Both the position numbers and the translations under genes were made by a program. From positions 1-64,000 of the IMG/VR virus record IMGVR_UViG_3300036715_003906: a DNA stretch of 64,000 bases; one strand, written 5' to 3'. This document shows, piece by piece, positions 45,723 to 54,780 of this stretch. The first letter of the stretch is position 1. Each line of letters begins with the position of its first letter. A model generated the notes under the pieces. It was not told the DNA's origin. It did no database searches and saw only the letters and a program-made list of their open reading frames with translations.

Positions 45723-46346
45723 ATGACCAACCCACAGTTTGCCCACGCCCTCGCCCTCGCGGGGCGTCACTCCCATTTCTGGCCCGGCGTCGTCGCCGAA
45801 GGAGAGGAGCCCTCCTGGGCCGAGATCCACACCCGGTGCAAGGCCGCCTTCAAGGAGGCTTACCAGGAGCACGGCAACGGCCCCTGGTGCGGGGGCATCA
45901 CGCCCGAGGTCAGCGAGGACGGGACCCTGCGCCACACGACGATGACGGGCCGGCTAAGCTGGGTCATCCTGCCCGACGGGCACGTCACCCTCACCGTCGA
46001 CCGCAAGGACGTCGGTGTGGTCCTGATCTGCGAGGTCTACCACAGCCGCGGGCGGGGCTGGGTCGCCACCACCTTGACGGCCCCCGGGCTCCTCCGCCGT
46101 CACTTCTGGGCCTGGAAGCTCGCCCTCCATGCCGTTGCAGGGGCGGGCATCCTACCCCCCGCCGAGGTCGAGCGCGCCATCGACATCACGCTCCCCGATG
46201 TCGAGGACCTTCTCGACGAGCTGATCGAGTGCCGCGCCACCCTGGCTGCGGTCCTCGACCCCGAGAAGACGCCCGACCTCGTGAACCGGGAGGAGTCGAC
46301 GGCCCAGCACCGGGCATGGATCAAGCGAGTCGAAAGGAGTCTCTGA
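45723..46346 (+). CDS. hypothetical protein
   Basis: AGGAG SD plus ATG. Confidence 0.7.
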   Translation: MTNPQFAHALALAGRHSHFWPGVVAEGEEPSWAEIHTRCKAAFKEAYQEHGNGPWCGGITPEVSEDGTLRHTTMTGRLSWVILPDGHVTLTVDRKDVGVVLICEVYHSRGRGWVATTLTAPGLLRRHFWAWKLALHAVAGAGILPPAEVERAIDITLPDVEDLLDELIECRATLAAVLDPEKTPDLVNREESTAQHRAWIKRVERSL

Positions 46347-46351
46347 GGGTT

Positions 46352-46384
46352 TTGCTTCCCGGGGGTCTGCCGCGTAGTACCCCC
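46352..46384 (+). promoter_or_regulatory. class I promoter cassette (P13)
   Basis: TTGCTT-17nt-TAGTAC-cccc-ATG. Confidence 0.8.
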
Positions 46385-46758
46385 ATGAAAACCCTGACAT
46401 CCGAGACGGCAACACCATCCACTCTGTCGAGGGCGAGGTGCTCCACGACGGCCGCATCCTCGTCACCTACCGGGGCCTCGACGCCTACACGGGAGAGGCA
46501 ACCCCCCTCTTTTTCGAGGCACACTTCAAGGGCAACGTCACCGCCCCCGTCGCCTTCTTCCGGGCCATGAGCCAGATGCAGGCAGACAACAAGCACCGCC
46601 TCGTCGAGATGTTCACGACGAGCGCGAAGTGGCACGTCCAGATGGGCGTCGGGCCCGACGGCCGCCCCTGCAACGAGAAGCCCGCCCCCCGGGCCAGCCG
46701 ACCCCTCGACATCCCGCGCGAGTCGAGGTGGTTCAACTTATCGGCGGGCGCTGTTTGA
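46385..46758 (+). CDS. hypothetical protein with a 1-nt frameshift near 46398
   Basis: MKTL(T) joins IRDGNTIHSVEGEVLHDG... if one base is restored; stop TGA lies within P14. Confidence 0.6.
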
Positions 46759-46787
46759 TTCCTGGGGGGTCTCTGCGTAGTACCCCC
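46755..46787 (+). promoter_or_regulatory. class I promoter cassette (P14)
   Basis: TTGATT-17nt-TAGTAC-cccc-ATG. Confidence 0.85.
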
Positions 46788-47105
46788 ATGTCCACCGACC
46801 GCCGCTTCATCACCCGCTTCTCCCTCCTCGCGTCGACCATGGAGGTGCTCGTCGATACCGACTACGAGGGCCGCCTCGTCTTCGAGGCGAGCCTCCGTGA
46901 CGAGGGACAGGAGAGCGCGTACTACGTCCTCAGGGCCACCCGGTCCGTCGTCAGCAAGAACACGGACCGGCTCGCCGACGCCGTGATCCGAGCCCTGCTC
47001 GGGACGACCTGCGTGGTCGACGTGGTCGAGCTGTTCAAGGGCTCGGACCTGTGGATGGTGAGCGAGCACGACCAGGAAGCCCTGAACTACTACGCGGGCA
47101 TCTGA
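46788..47105 (+). CDS. hypothetical protein
   Basis: Leaderless ATG after P14. Confidence 0.7.
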   Translation: MSTDRRFITRFSLLASTMEVLVDTDYEGRLVFEASLRDEGQESAYYVLRATRSVVSKNTDRLADAVIRALLGTTCVVDVVELFKGSDLWMVSEHDQEALNYYAGI

Positions 47106-47126
47106 AAGAATCGTACAGGGGGGCGT

Positions 47127-47159
47127 TTGATTCCTCGGGGGGTGCTGCGTAGTGCCCCC
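47127..47159 (+). promoter_or_regulatory. class I promoter cassette (P15)
   Basis: TTGATT-17nt-TAGTGC-cccc-ATG. Confidence 0.8.
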
Positions 47160-47315
47160 ATGAACGCCGCCGCCTACCGCTCGAACGACGACACCGCCCT
47201 GCTGCCCGAGGACGAGGCCCCCCGCACGCTGCCGCGAACAGCCGTTCAACCTGTGCCCCGTGGGGGCGCGGCTCCTGACCGTGGCTGTGGCCGGGGCCGT
47301 GGTGTAGTCCGTGGC

Positions 47316-48026
47316 ATGAGCACCAGGTTCGACAAGCTGTTCGTGGCCCACCACTCCCCCCAGAAGACGGCCAAGGACCTCCTCGCCGCCGTAGAGGCCA
47401 CCTCCTACCAGACGCTGGAGGAGTGGGGCCTCTACAACGGGGGCGGGGGGCGAGTCGCCTTCCGCAAGCTCCGTCAGGAGCAGCGGCTCAAGGCGGCCGA
47501 GGGGTACGTGCAGCGGATGGAGGTGGCCATCGCCCTCGGCCCCACCCTGGCGATGGCCGACGGGAGCTACACGACCGAGATCTCGGCGGAGGACAAGGGC
47601 AAGGTCGAGGGGGCCGCCCGGGGGGCGCTCGAATGTTTCTACGAGTGGTACAAGGGGGACATCCTCCGCCCGGGCTCCGTGGTTCGCGTCAAGGTCGCCA
47701 TCTCGGTCGACTTCGGAAAGGGCCGCAGCTTCCACACCGAAGAGTCTCTGGACACGACCCCGCCGGCCGGTCCCGTGGGGACCAGCCCCGAGGATCAGGT
47801 CATCCGCCGCTGCATCCGGCTGACGAAGCGGGAGACCTACTGCGGGCGATCCATCGGGGCGGAGTGGACCTTCGGGGTGAACGCGGCGATGAAGGCGGAC
47901 GGCCGCAAGGGACCGAACGCCCTGGTCCCCTGCCTGGCCGGCATCCAGGCCCTCGTCTTACCTCACCAGAGGGCGAAGGACACGGCCCCGATGACCTGGG
48001 AGCGCCCCTGCCAGCGCCAGGCGTAG
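47316..48026 (+). CDS. hypothetical protein (the ORF from 47160 is probably two fused genes)
   Basis: GGTGTA-9nt-ATG at 47316; a separate short gene starts at 47160 after P15. Confidence 0.55.
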   Translation: MSTRFDKLFVAHHSPQKTAKDLLAAVEATSYQTLEEWGLYNGGGGRVAFRKLRQEQRLKAAEGYVQRMEVAIALGPTLAMADGSYTTEISAEDKGKVEGAARGALECFYEWYKGDILRPGSVVRVKVAISVDFGKGRSFHTEESLDTTPPAGPVGTSPEDQVIRRCIRLTKRETYCGRSIGAEWTFGVNAAMKADGRKGPNALVPCLAGIQALVLPHQRAKDTAPMTWERPCQRQA

Positions 48027-48601
48027 CCCGTGTAGACGCCCAGGTTCTTCGTCACGTCGAGCCCGAGACCGGCCCCCACCGACCGCACGCCCACGAAGGC
48101 GTTGAGGTTCAGGTACTGCCAGTAGAAGGGCTCGAGGAGCAAACCCGCGTCGAGGGCCGAGGGCACGTCCGTACGGAGCGCCTCGACCGGGAGGAAGCCC
48201 AGGGCCGCCTTGGGCCGAAACCGCCCGCCCCAGGTCGGCTCGGGCATCTGCGCGGCGTAGACCCCCACCTGCCCCTTGGCCTCGATGTGGTAGTTGCACC
48301 AGTCGAGCGTGAGGGTGAAGGGCGCTGTGCCCGAGCCCGAGGCGAACACCCGCCCCTGCCGGTCCACCACCAGGGTCAGCTTGTCCGCCGTGAGTTGGGG
48401 CTGGGTTGCCCGCCGGCACTTCTCATCCCGGGCGAGCTGGAGAAGGGTCTGAAGGTCCTCCTTGGCCACCGTCACCGTCTCCTGTCCGAGCGCGGGGCGG
48501 GGCGAGCCCAGGAGGAAGAGGACCGTGACCCAGTAGAGGAGCCGCGTCGGGATGGGGACCCGGCGGGCCAGAAAGGCGCGTTCGTCAAAGGCCATGGTCA
48601 C
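47963..48601 (-). CDS. exported protein with a beta-rich C-terminus ending in aromatic residues; candidate outer-membrane lysis or virion protein
   Basis: Signal-like LLYWVTVLFLLG..PALG; amphipathic beta strands, terminal SFALW. Confidence 0.5.
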   Translation of the reverse strand: MTMAFDERAFLARRVPIPTRLLYWVTVLFLLGSPRPALGQETVTVAKEDLQTLLQLARDEKCRRATQPQLTADKLTLVVDRQGRVFASGSGTAPFTLTLDWCNYHIEAKGQVGVYAAQMPEPTWGGRFRPKAALGFLPVEALRTDVPSALDAGLLLEPFYWQYLNLNAFVGVRSVGAGLGLDVTKNLGVYTGYAWRWQGRSQVIGAVSFALW

Positions 48602-49119
48602 CCTCCATACTTCGCGAGCAGGTCGTCGAGCTTCTGCGTGGGCACGGGGGACGTGTCCTTGACCGACACGACGAACTTCCCGGGGGCGAGGACCACGACC
48701 TTGTCCACGTCCCGGGCCGTCACCCCCTTGGGCAGATCGATCTGGACCGGCTCGGTCTGCCCCGGGGGCACGACCTCGACGGTGGTTGGGTTCGAGAAGA
48801 GGCCCGGCGGGGTGATAGGGACCACGACGGCCTGGACGAAGCCCTTGTCATCCGGGGTGCCCGGCTGGATGATCTTCCCCTGCCCGTCCACCCGGCCCGC
48901 AGGAACCGTGTTCGTCACGTCGAGGGCTGGGGTCGAGCCCCCCTTGCGACCGAGGAGCCGGGCGAGCAGTCCCCCGATCTGGAGGTCCTTGGCCCCCATG
49001 GCAACCAGCATGAGGGCCCCGGCGACCAGCAGGAGCGCGACGCCCGGGGCCAGGATCTTGGTCCCCACCCATGCCCCCACGGCGCGGAGCTTGGCCCAGA
49101 CCGTAGCCCAGAAGCTCAC
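48598..49119 (-). CDS. membrane-anchored protein (candidate spanin or holin partner)
   Basis: N-terminal TM ILAPGVALLLVAGALMLVAMG; GTGA coupling to the holin-like gene. Confidence 0.5.
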   Translation of the reverse strand: MSFWATVWAKLRAVGAWVGTKILAPGVALLLVAGALMLVAMGAKDLQIGGLLARLLGRKGGSTPALDVTNTVPAGRVDGQGKIIQPGTPDDKGFVQAVVVPITPPGLFSNPTTVEVVPPGQTEPVQIDLPKGVTARDVDKVVVLAPGKFVVSVKDTSPVPTQKLDDLLAKYGG

Positions 49120-49532
49120 AGCTTGTCCGTGGGGGGCAGGGTGACCGGCGGGGGGGCCTCGTCCTCGGCCACGGGCGCCGTGTCCTCCGTGCCCGGTACG
49201 GGGAAGGGATGGCCGGGCGACCACGCCCCGAGGATCGACCGGAAGCGGCTGTAGACCCAGCCGGAGGCGACTCCGCAGGCCCCGCCGTAGAAGAGGCGCG
49301 ACCAGGGGTCCGCCACGACGTCGGGCCAGGCGTAGCTGTGGGCCACGAAGGCGAGGATCACGCCGGTGCCGATGGGCCCGAGCGGGAGTGCCACCTCCCG
49401 CCACCACTTGTTGGTTTTGATGCCCGGCTGCGCCGTCTCGACGATCGTCCGTACCACGTAGGTCATGAGGAAGATGCCGATGCAGAGCAGGAGCGTGGGA
49501 ACCGAGAAGAAGACCTTTTCCAGCGCGTCCAT
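49116..49532 (-). CDS. holin-like membrane protein
   Basis: 138 aa, three hydrophobic segments, charged C-terminal tail, located after tail genes. Confidence 0.55.
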   Translation of the reverse strand: MDALEKVFFSVPTLLLCIGIFLMTYVVRTIVETAQPGIKTNKWWREVALPLGPIGTGVILAFVAHSYAWPDVVADPWSRLFYGGACGVASGWVYSRFRSILGAWSPGHPFPVPGTEDTAPVAEDEAPPPVTLPPTDKL

Positions 49533-49568
49533 GGGATGCCCTCTGCCCCACCGGGGCATAAGGGCTTT

Positions 49569-49808
49569 TTACCCGCCCACGTCCTCGGCCACCTCGACGG
49601 TATCGCTCAGCGAGACCTCGTGGGCCACGGGGATGCGACCGTGCTCCCAGGCCCCGATCCGGGCGAACTCCTCCGCCACCTGGGCCCGCTGCCCCGGCGT
49701 GAGGAAGGGGTGCGCCAGGTGCCCCTGGAGACGGGTACGGGCCTCCCCTGCCCCCTGGCGCCGCTGCTCGGGGGTGAGGTCGAGGTACGTGATGTGCTTG
49801 ATCGCCAT
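49569..49808 (-). CDS. hypothetical protein
   Basis: Small ORF directly after the large virion gene. Confidence 0.55.
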   Translation of the reverse strand: MAIKHITYLDLTPEQRRQGAGEARTRLQGHLAHPFLTPGQRAQVAEEFARIGAWEHGRIPVAHEVSLSDTVEVAEDVGG

Positions 49809-49811
49809 GGG

Positions 49812-52800
49812 TCAGAGCTTCCGGTACAGCACGGGGCCAAGGGGGATGCCCGCGGGGTCGATGTCCTGCTGGACGTTGTCGGAGACCAGGGGGCGTCCCT
49901 CGATGCGGTAGAGGTCCGAGGCCGACCAGCCTTCCATCGTCCCGTTCGTGCTGAGGAGCACGCCCAGGGTGTCGGGGCCCGTGAGGGGCCAGGCCGTCGT
50001 GACGATCATCATCATCAGCTCGTCGCCCGCGCTCACCTCCGTCGACCCGACCGAGGTCACCGTGTTGCGGACCAGGAGGGCTCGACCCGCGAGGAGGTTC
50101 GCCCGGGGGGCCGTGACGAAGGTGCCGACCGGGATGGCCCGGCCCGCGACTTCCACGCCGCCCGCGGCAAAGGCGCTCCCCCCGCGCAGGGTCCGGTAGT
50201 TCGTGAGCAGGGAGTAGTTGCCCTGCTCCCCGTCCACCTGGACGACCACGTCCCCGGGCGTCGTCCCGCCTGCCGCCGACGTCTCGACCCCGAAGATCTC
50301 CATGGCGTCCCCGCTCGGCCGGAGGCGCAGGCCCATCAGCCACCCGCGGCTGTCGGCCGGGAAGAAGAGCACGGGCTCCCGCTGCCCGGGCGTGAACGAC
50401 TGCCCGTGGAAATCCTTGTCCCGGTAGAGGGCGCCCATGGGAAGCCGCTCCGTGCAGCCGATGTAGCTCGTCCCCTGGGGGAGCGAGGCGTCACCGCTGA
50501 GCGCCCCGAGAAGGGTGCGCGGACGGGCTGCAATGGCACTGGTCGGCGGCCAGACCGCCCTGTCCTCGTAGCCCACGTACTCGGGGAAGGCGTTGCTCTC
50601 GTGGGACGAGCCGGCCATGCGGCCCGTGCCGCTCGTCGTGGCGAAGTCGAGGACGGCCAGGACTTCGAGCGACTTCTGGTTGGGCCGCGTGAGCGACCCC
50701 GGCGTCAGGGTGGTCGAACCGACCTGGTACGCCGTGGCCGAGAGCAGGCACCCCGGCACGTAGCCGATGTCCTGGTAGCTCGTCTGGCTGCCCCAGGCGT
50801 CGCCCTGGTAGGGCGTGCGGCTGAAGGTGACCGTCACCTGGTCCGAGCCCGTCGGAGGCCCGGGAAGGACGCACACCGGCCCGGTGATGGCCGCCCCGAT
50901 GTTGCTCGCCCGGGTCCCGCTCACCGCCTCGCTCCGCATGTACCCTGACGACCCCGACCGGGTGAGGACGATCCGGCACTCCGACTGCGTGTCGAAGGTG
51001 CCCCGATCGAAGCCAAAGAGGCTGGCCTCGATCACGAAGTTGGCCGAGGCGTTGTCGAAGGACGTGATCGGGTAGTTCGTGCTCTTCGTGAGGTCGAGGG
51101 CCTCCGCGTTGAGGATGAAAGTGCTGTCCCCGTCCTCGTCCAGCTCGACCCAGAACAGCGGCCCCTGGACGTTTTGCCGGAGCAGGTTCTTGGCCGCCGT
51201 GAGGCTGCCCGTCGCCGCCCGGCTCGTCGGGTCGTAGGCCGACCCGTTGGTCTTGTAGTCGTTGGCCTCGTACACGGCCCAGAGGCGAGCCACGCCGTAG
51301 AAGGGAGGCAGCTCCAGACCCTTGCGACCGAGGCCGCGGGGGTCCGTGAACTTCCGCATCCCGGCGTAGGTCACCGGCACCGTGTACTTGGTGTTGTAGG
51401 TCGCCGGGTTGGGCAGCGGCACGGGGTCCTGGAGCTGCACCGTCGAGAAGAGCCCGAAGGTGAGCGCCCCGTTGCTGAACGGCACGTAGTTCGTCAGGGA
51501 CGCGGGGTAGGGCCCAGGACCCTTGCCGGTGAGGAAGCCGTAGTTGATCCCCTCGGCGAAGATGCCCTGGTCCTGCCAGAGCAAGGGCAGGCGGTACTCC
51601 CCCCAGCCGGGGACCAGGAAGCGGGGCATCTGGACGTAGAGGTTCTTCGTGGCCGCCGTGGGGTCCGTGACGCCGCAGAAGAGCCCCAAGGGGTCCGTCG
51701 TCGCCCACTTGGACGTCACGCCGTCTCGCTTGAGGAGGGGCATGAGCCCCTGACCCTTGAGCAAGATCCAGCCCACCGGCCCGGCCGAGGTCGGGATGAC
51801 CCGGTCGAGGGTGAGCGTCGCCGCCCCCGTGACCTGCACCACCGTGTAGCGCCCGGGCTGCGGGCCCCCCGTCACCACCAAGGTGTCCCCGGCCGAGACG
51901 CCCACCGTGAAGTTACCCGTGCCGTCCGTGAAGGTCGTCGAGCCGTTCGTGCTGCCCGTCAGCCCGTTCCGGTAGCCCGCGTCGGGCGTGTTGGCGGCCG
52001 TGCCGTCGAGCGTCACGAAGCTGTCGGGCATGTCGATCCGCCGGAGCGGGTTCAGGATCAGCGTCTTGCTGCCCGGGTCCACGTAGGTCTCGGTCACCAC
52101 GGGGGGCTGCGGCCCGAGGCCGTCCGTGTGGTACTTGGCCCACAGCATCGGGTGCGTCACCCGCGTCGGAAAGGTCGAGGAGGGAATCGACTTCGGCTGC
52201 TGCGTGAGCACGTCCGTCGAGGGGCTCACGTACTCGACCGAGTGCAGCATGTCCGGCCGCCGGCTGAGGCCCCGCCCCGGACCGTACTGGACATGCAGCT
52301 CCATGAGGAGCTTGCCCGTCTGGGCCCCCGGGAAGTTCGAGGACAGGGTGATGACGAGGTCGTCGTTCGGCGTGGGCGACGCGGGGGTCACCGTGTAGGC
52401 CGACTGCGGCAGATCATCGGTCTGCCCGTCGAGGCGCAGGGCGACCGAGAGCCCGGTGTCGTTCATCCACCGCACCTGGTCCGCGTCGCCGCCGGGGAGC
52501 CCCGCCTTGAGCTGGGCCACCGGCACCTGGAAGACGTCACCGGGGTTGAACTGGCTCGCCGTCGCCCGTGTCGTCTGGTTCACCTGGAGGCTCAGGGACC
52601 ATGCCACTCCCACCGGTGCGGGGAGGCCGGCCGCCGAGGGCGCCACGATGGCGTAGACCTTCTGCGGGACCGCCGCGTCGCTGAACACCTGCCGGATGTT
52701 GTCCGGCCCGTCCACCTTCGTGACCCCGAGCGCCGCCGCCCCCGTCGAAACCTTGTCCTGGTAGAGCACCACGGGACCCTGGGGCCCGCTGCCCGACCGC

Positions 52801-54128
52801 TTCCAGCCCGCCCGGAGCTGCCCCCGGAGGAGCCGGTCCAGGTTGCCCTTGAGGAGCGCCTGGTAGTCGAAGCCCGCGGGGTTCACCGCGTGACGTAGAT
52901 CGAGGATGTCCTCGGCCACCACCTGGTCGGCAAAGAGCCCGTCAGGACGCCCGGGGAGCACCCGGATCAGGGTCCCCGCCTTGTGCGCCTCCGCCCGGCA
53001 GCCCGCCACCCCGGCCCCGCGGGCGAGACCCGTCACCGTGGTGCCCGTGATCGAGGCGTAGGTCATGACCTCGTCGCCGATCTGGATCGCCACCGGCGTC
53101 GCCGGGGAAGCCGGCAAGGGGATGCCCGTGGCCGAGACCAGGGTCAGGCTTGTCGCCGTCGCGGACAGATCCGCCGCGAGCTGGGCCACGGTCCCGAAGA
53201 CCCGGGCCCCCGTGCGGTCCACCGCCGTCGGGTTCCGGCTGAAGCCGCCGTTCAGGTTCTGGCTCGGGTCCCCGGCCCAGGCGACACTGTTGCGCCGGAA
53301 GACCGCGCAGATCGGGACCGCGTAGACGTAGCCGTCCACCGTGCCGAGGGCGTTGGGCGTCCCGTCTCCCGCTCGCCAGAGCCCGGGGTCCCCGAGCGCC
53401 TGGCGCATGTTTGCGAAGGTGTAGGACGTCGGGGACGTCGCCGCCCCCTGGGCCTTGACGACGGCCGGATCGAAGCCATCCGGGTAGCTCGTGAAGCCAA
53501 CCAGACCCTTGACCACCCGCAGGCGGTACTGGGTCTGGACCCGCTGGGACGTCTCGCTCCCGATGGCCGGGTCTTGCAGGTTGTCGGGGAGGAAGGAGAA
53601 GCCCCCCTCGACGTTGCCGTACCGCCACAGGCCCGCCGCCGAGGGCTTGTTCGTCGTCGAGGGGTTGGGGGCCAGGCGCGCTTGCCAGACCTCCAGGAAA
53701 ACGAAGTCGATCCGGGCGTCCCCCGCGTTCGAGGGCGGGGGGTCGAGCGCGACGATGTTCGTCACGTCCACGTCGTTGGGGCTGCCCGGGGGGGTTCCCG
53801 TCCGCGTCCCTCCGACCGGCACCATCCACCCGTTCACCACGGCCCAGGAGAAAGCCGCGACCTCGCCGGACTTCTGCCGGCCGAACACGAAGCGATTGCT
53901 CCACGTCGGGTCCGTCACGAAGTCCGCCACAAGGCCCGTCTCATTGAGGAGCCAGCCCGAGGGCGTGCCCCGCATGACCACCCGTCGCTGGCCGGTCGTC
54001 GCGATTTCTTGCAGGAGGTTCAGCTCCGCGTCACACGGGGGACGTCCTGCCTGCCAGATCACCTCCGTAAACTCCGTCCCCGCAGGATCGAGGACGCGCG
54101 AGACACCCGGCCCGAGATTGTTGCTCAT
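49812..54128 (-). CDS. large virion structural protein (baseplate/tail)
   Basis: 1438 aa; N-terminal WQAGRPPCDAELNLLQ resembles baseplate/tail-associated N-termini; D.VFLEVW..., TVDGYVYAVPIC.VFRRN, GRPDGLF.DQ....DI.DLR motifs of large-phage virion proteins. Confidence 0.7.
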   Translation of the reverse strand: MSNNLGPGVSRVLDPAGTEFTEVIWQAGRPPCDAELNLLQEIATTGQRRVVMRGTPSGWLLNETGLVADFVTDPTWSNRFVFGRQKSGEVAAFSWAVVNGWMVPVGGTRTGTPPGSPNDVDVTNIVALDPPPSNAGDARIDFVFLEVWQARLAPNPSTTNKPSAAGLWRYGNVEGGFSFLPDNLQDPAIGSETSQRVQTQYRLRVVKGLVGFTSYPDGFDPAVVKAQGAATSPTSYTFANMRQALGDPGLWRAGDGTPNALGTVDGYVYAVPICAVFRRNSVAWAGDPSQNLNGGFSRNPTAVDRTGARVFGTVAQLAADLSATATSLTLVSATGIPLPASPATPVAIQIGDEVMTYASITGTTVTGLARGAGVAGCRAEAHKAGTLIRVLPGRPDGLFADQVVAEDILDLRHAVNPAGFDYQALLKGNLDRLLRGQLRAGWKRSGSGPQGPVVLYQDKVSTGAAALGVTKVDGPDNIRQVFSDAAVPQKVYAIVAPSAAGLPAPVGVAWSLSLQVNQTTRATASQFNPGDVFQVPVAQLKAGLPGGDADQVRWMNDTGLSVALRLDGQTDDLPQSAYTVTPASPTPNDDLVITLSSNFPGAQTGKLLMELHVQYGPGRGLSRRPDMLHSVEYVSPSTDVLTQQPKSIPSSTFPTRVTHPMLWAKYHTDGLGPQPPVVTETYVDPGSKTLILNPLRRIDMPDSFVTLDGTAANTPDAGYRNGLTGSTNGSTTFTDGTGNFTVGVSAGDTLVVTGGPQPGRYTVVQVTGAATLTLDRVIPTSAGPVGWILLKGQGLMPLLKRDGVTSKWATTDPLGLFCGVTDPTAATKNLYVQMPRFLVPGWGEYRLPLLWQDQGIFAEGINYGFLTGKGPGPYPASLTNYVPFSNGALTFGLFSTVQLQDPVPLPNPATYNTKYTVPVTYAGMRKFTDPRGLGRKGLELPPFYGVARLWAVYEANDYKTNGSAYDPTSRAATGSLTAAKNLLRQNVQGPLFWVELDEDGDSTFILNAEALDLTKSTNYPITSFDNASANFVIEASLFGFDRGTFDTQSECRIVLTRSGSSGYMRSEAVSGTRASNIGAAITGPVCVLPGPPTGSDQVTVTFSRTPYQGDAWGSQTSYQDIGYVPGCLLSATAYQVGSTTLTPGSLTRPNQKSLEVLAVLDFATTSGTGRMAGSSHESNAFPEYVGYEDRAVWPPTSAIAARPRTLLGALSGDASLPQGTSYIGCTERLPMGALYRDKDFHGQSFTPGQREPVLFFPADSRGWLMGLRLRPSGDAMEIFGVETSAAGGTTPGDVVVQVDGEQGNYSLLTNYRTLRGGSAFAAGGVEVAGRAIPVGTFVTAPRANLLAGRALLVRNTVTSVGSTEVSAGDELMMMIVTTAWPLTGPDTLGVLLSTNGTMEGWSASDLYRIEGRPLVSDNVQQDIDPAGIPLGPVLYRKL

Positions 54129-54150
54129 GTGCGTTTACCCCTTGGGCGAA

Positions 54151-54780
54151 TCAGTAAACGACCGCCCAGGACCCGAGACCGACCTTGCCCCCGGTCGGGT
54201 TGGTCCACCGGAGGATCAAGCTGCTTCCCTGGTCAGGGAGCGCGATGTTGTTGACCGCGCCCGAGAGCACGGACTGGAAGGTCCCGCCGCCGTTGTACGA
54301 CACCTGACACGTCATGACGCTCGGGCTCGGGTCGACCTCCGCGTAGGTGCGGACAAAGGGCCCCGTCGCCGGGTCGCTGTCCGTGTACGTGAAGTTCTCC
54401 CACAGCACCACGGACTGGGACGGGGTCCCGGTCAGCGTGGCGGCCTGGGTCTGAACCCGGGCCCCGGGAGCCACCAGGACCACCCCGCGCCCCCCGAAGG
54501 TCCCGCCCGTGCCCGACGCCGTGAGGTCCACCCCTGTGAGGTCGAGGAGGTCGTCGTAGGCCAGGTGGGCAAAGCCCGCGTAGCTCGCGAGCAGGCCCTG
54601 GTGCTTCTTGGTGAGGAGGTCCCCGAGGTTGGTCGGGTTCTGGACCTGGATCGTGTCAGGGACACGGATCACCAGCGTCCCTTGCACCGGGGACTGCCCC
54701 GAGGGTGGCGACCTCACGTCCAGGATGCTCGCCGAGGGGAGGGGGTTGCCGAAGAGGTCGACCAGGTAGTGGGTGCTCAT
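54151..54780 (-). CDS. virion structural protein (putative)
   Basis: Beta-rich 209 aa, coupled between two large structural genes. Confidence 0.55.
   Translation of the reverse strand: MSTHYLVDLFGNPLPSASILDVRSPPSGQSPVQGTLVIRVPDTIQVQNPTNLGDLLTKKHQGLLASYAGFAHLAYDDLLDLTGVDLTASGTGGTFGGRGVVLVAPGARVQTQAATLTGTPSQSVVLWENFTYTDSDPATGPFVRTYAEVDPSPSVMTCQVSYNGGGTFQSVLSGAVNNIALPDQGSSLILRWTNPTGGKVGLGSWAVVY

Noticed and set aside
956-47159. Repeated TTGATT...CGTAGTACCCCC motif as a CRISPR array or integron attC sites
   Set aside because: Copies are dispersed on both strands, separated by whole genes, have a variable 17-nt core and a fixed distance to start codons. This is promoter geometry. No cas or integrase gene is in the window.
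2929-47159. TTG starts given by the ORF track at 2929, 3532, 3812 and 47127
   Set aside because: These TTGs are the -35 box, which lies exactly 33 nt (in frame) upstream of the true start.
25040-47159. N4-like hairpin promoters (GGGGTGCT-GCG(G/T)-AGT(A/G)CCCC in P11 and P15, partly P2)
   Set aside because: The hairpin is absent from P3, P4, P5, P8 and P12, so it is more likely a by-product of G-rich spacers and the C-run.
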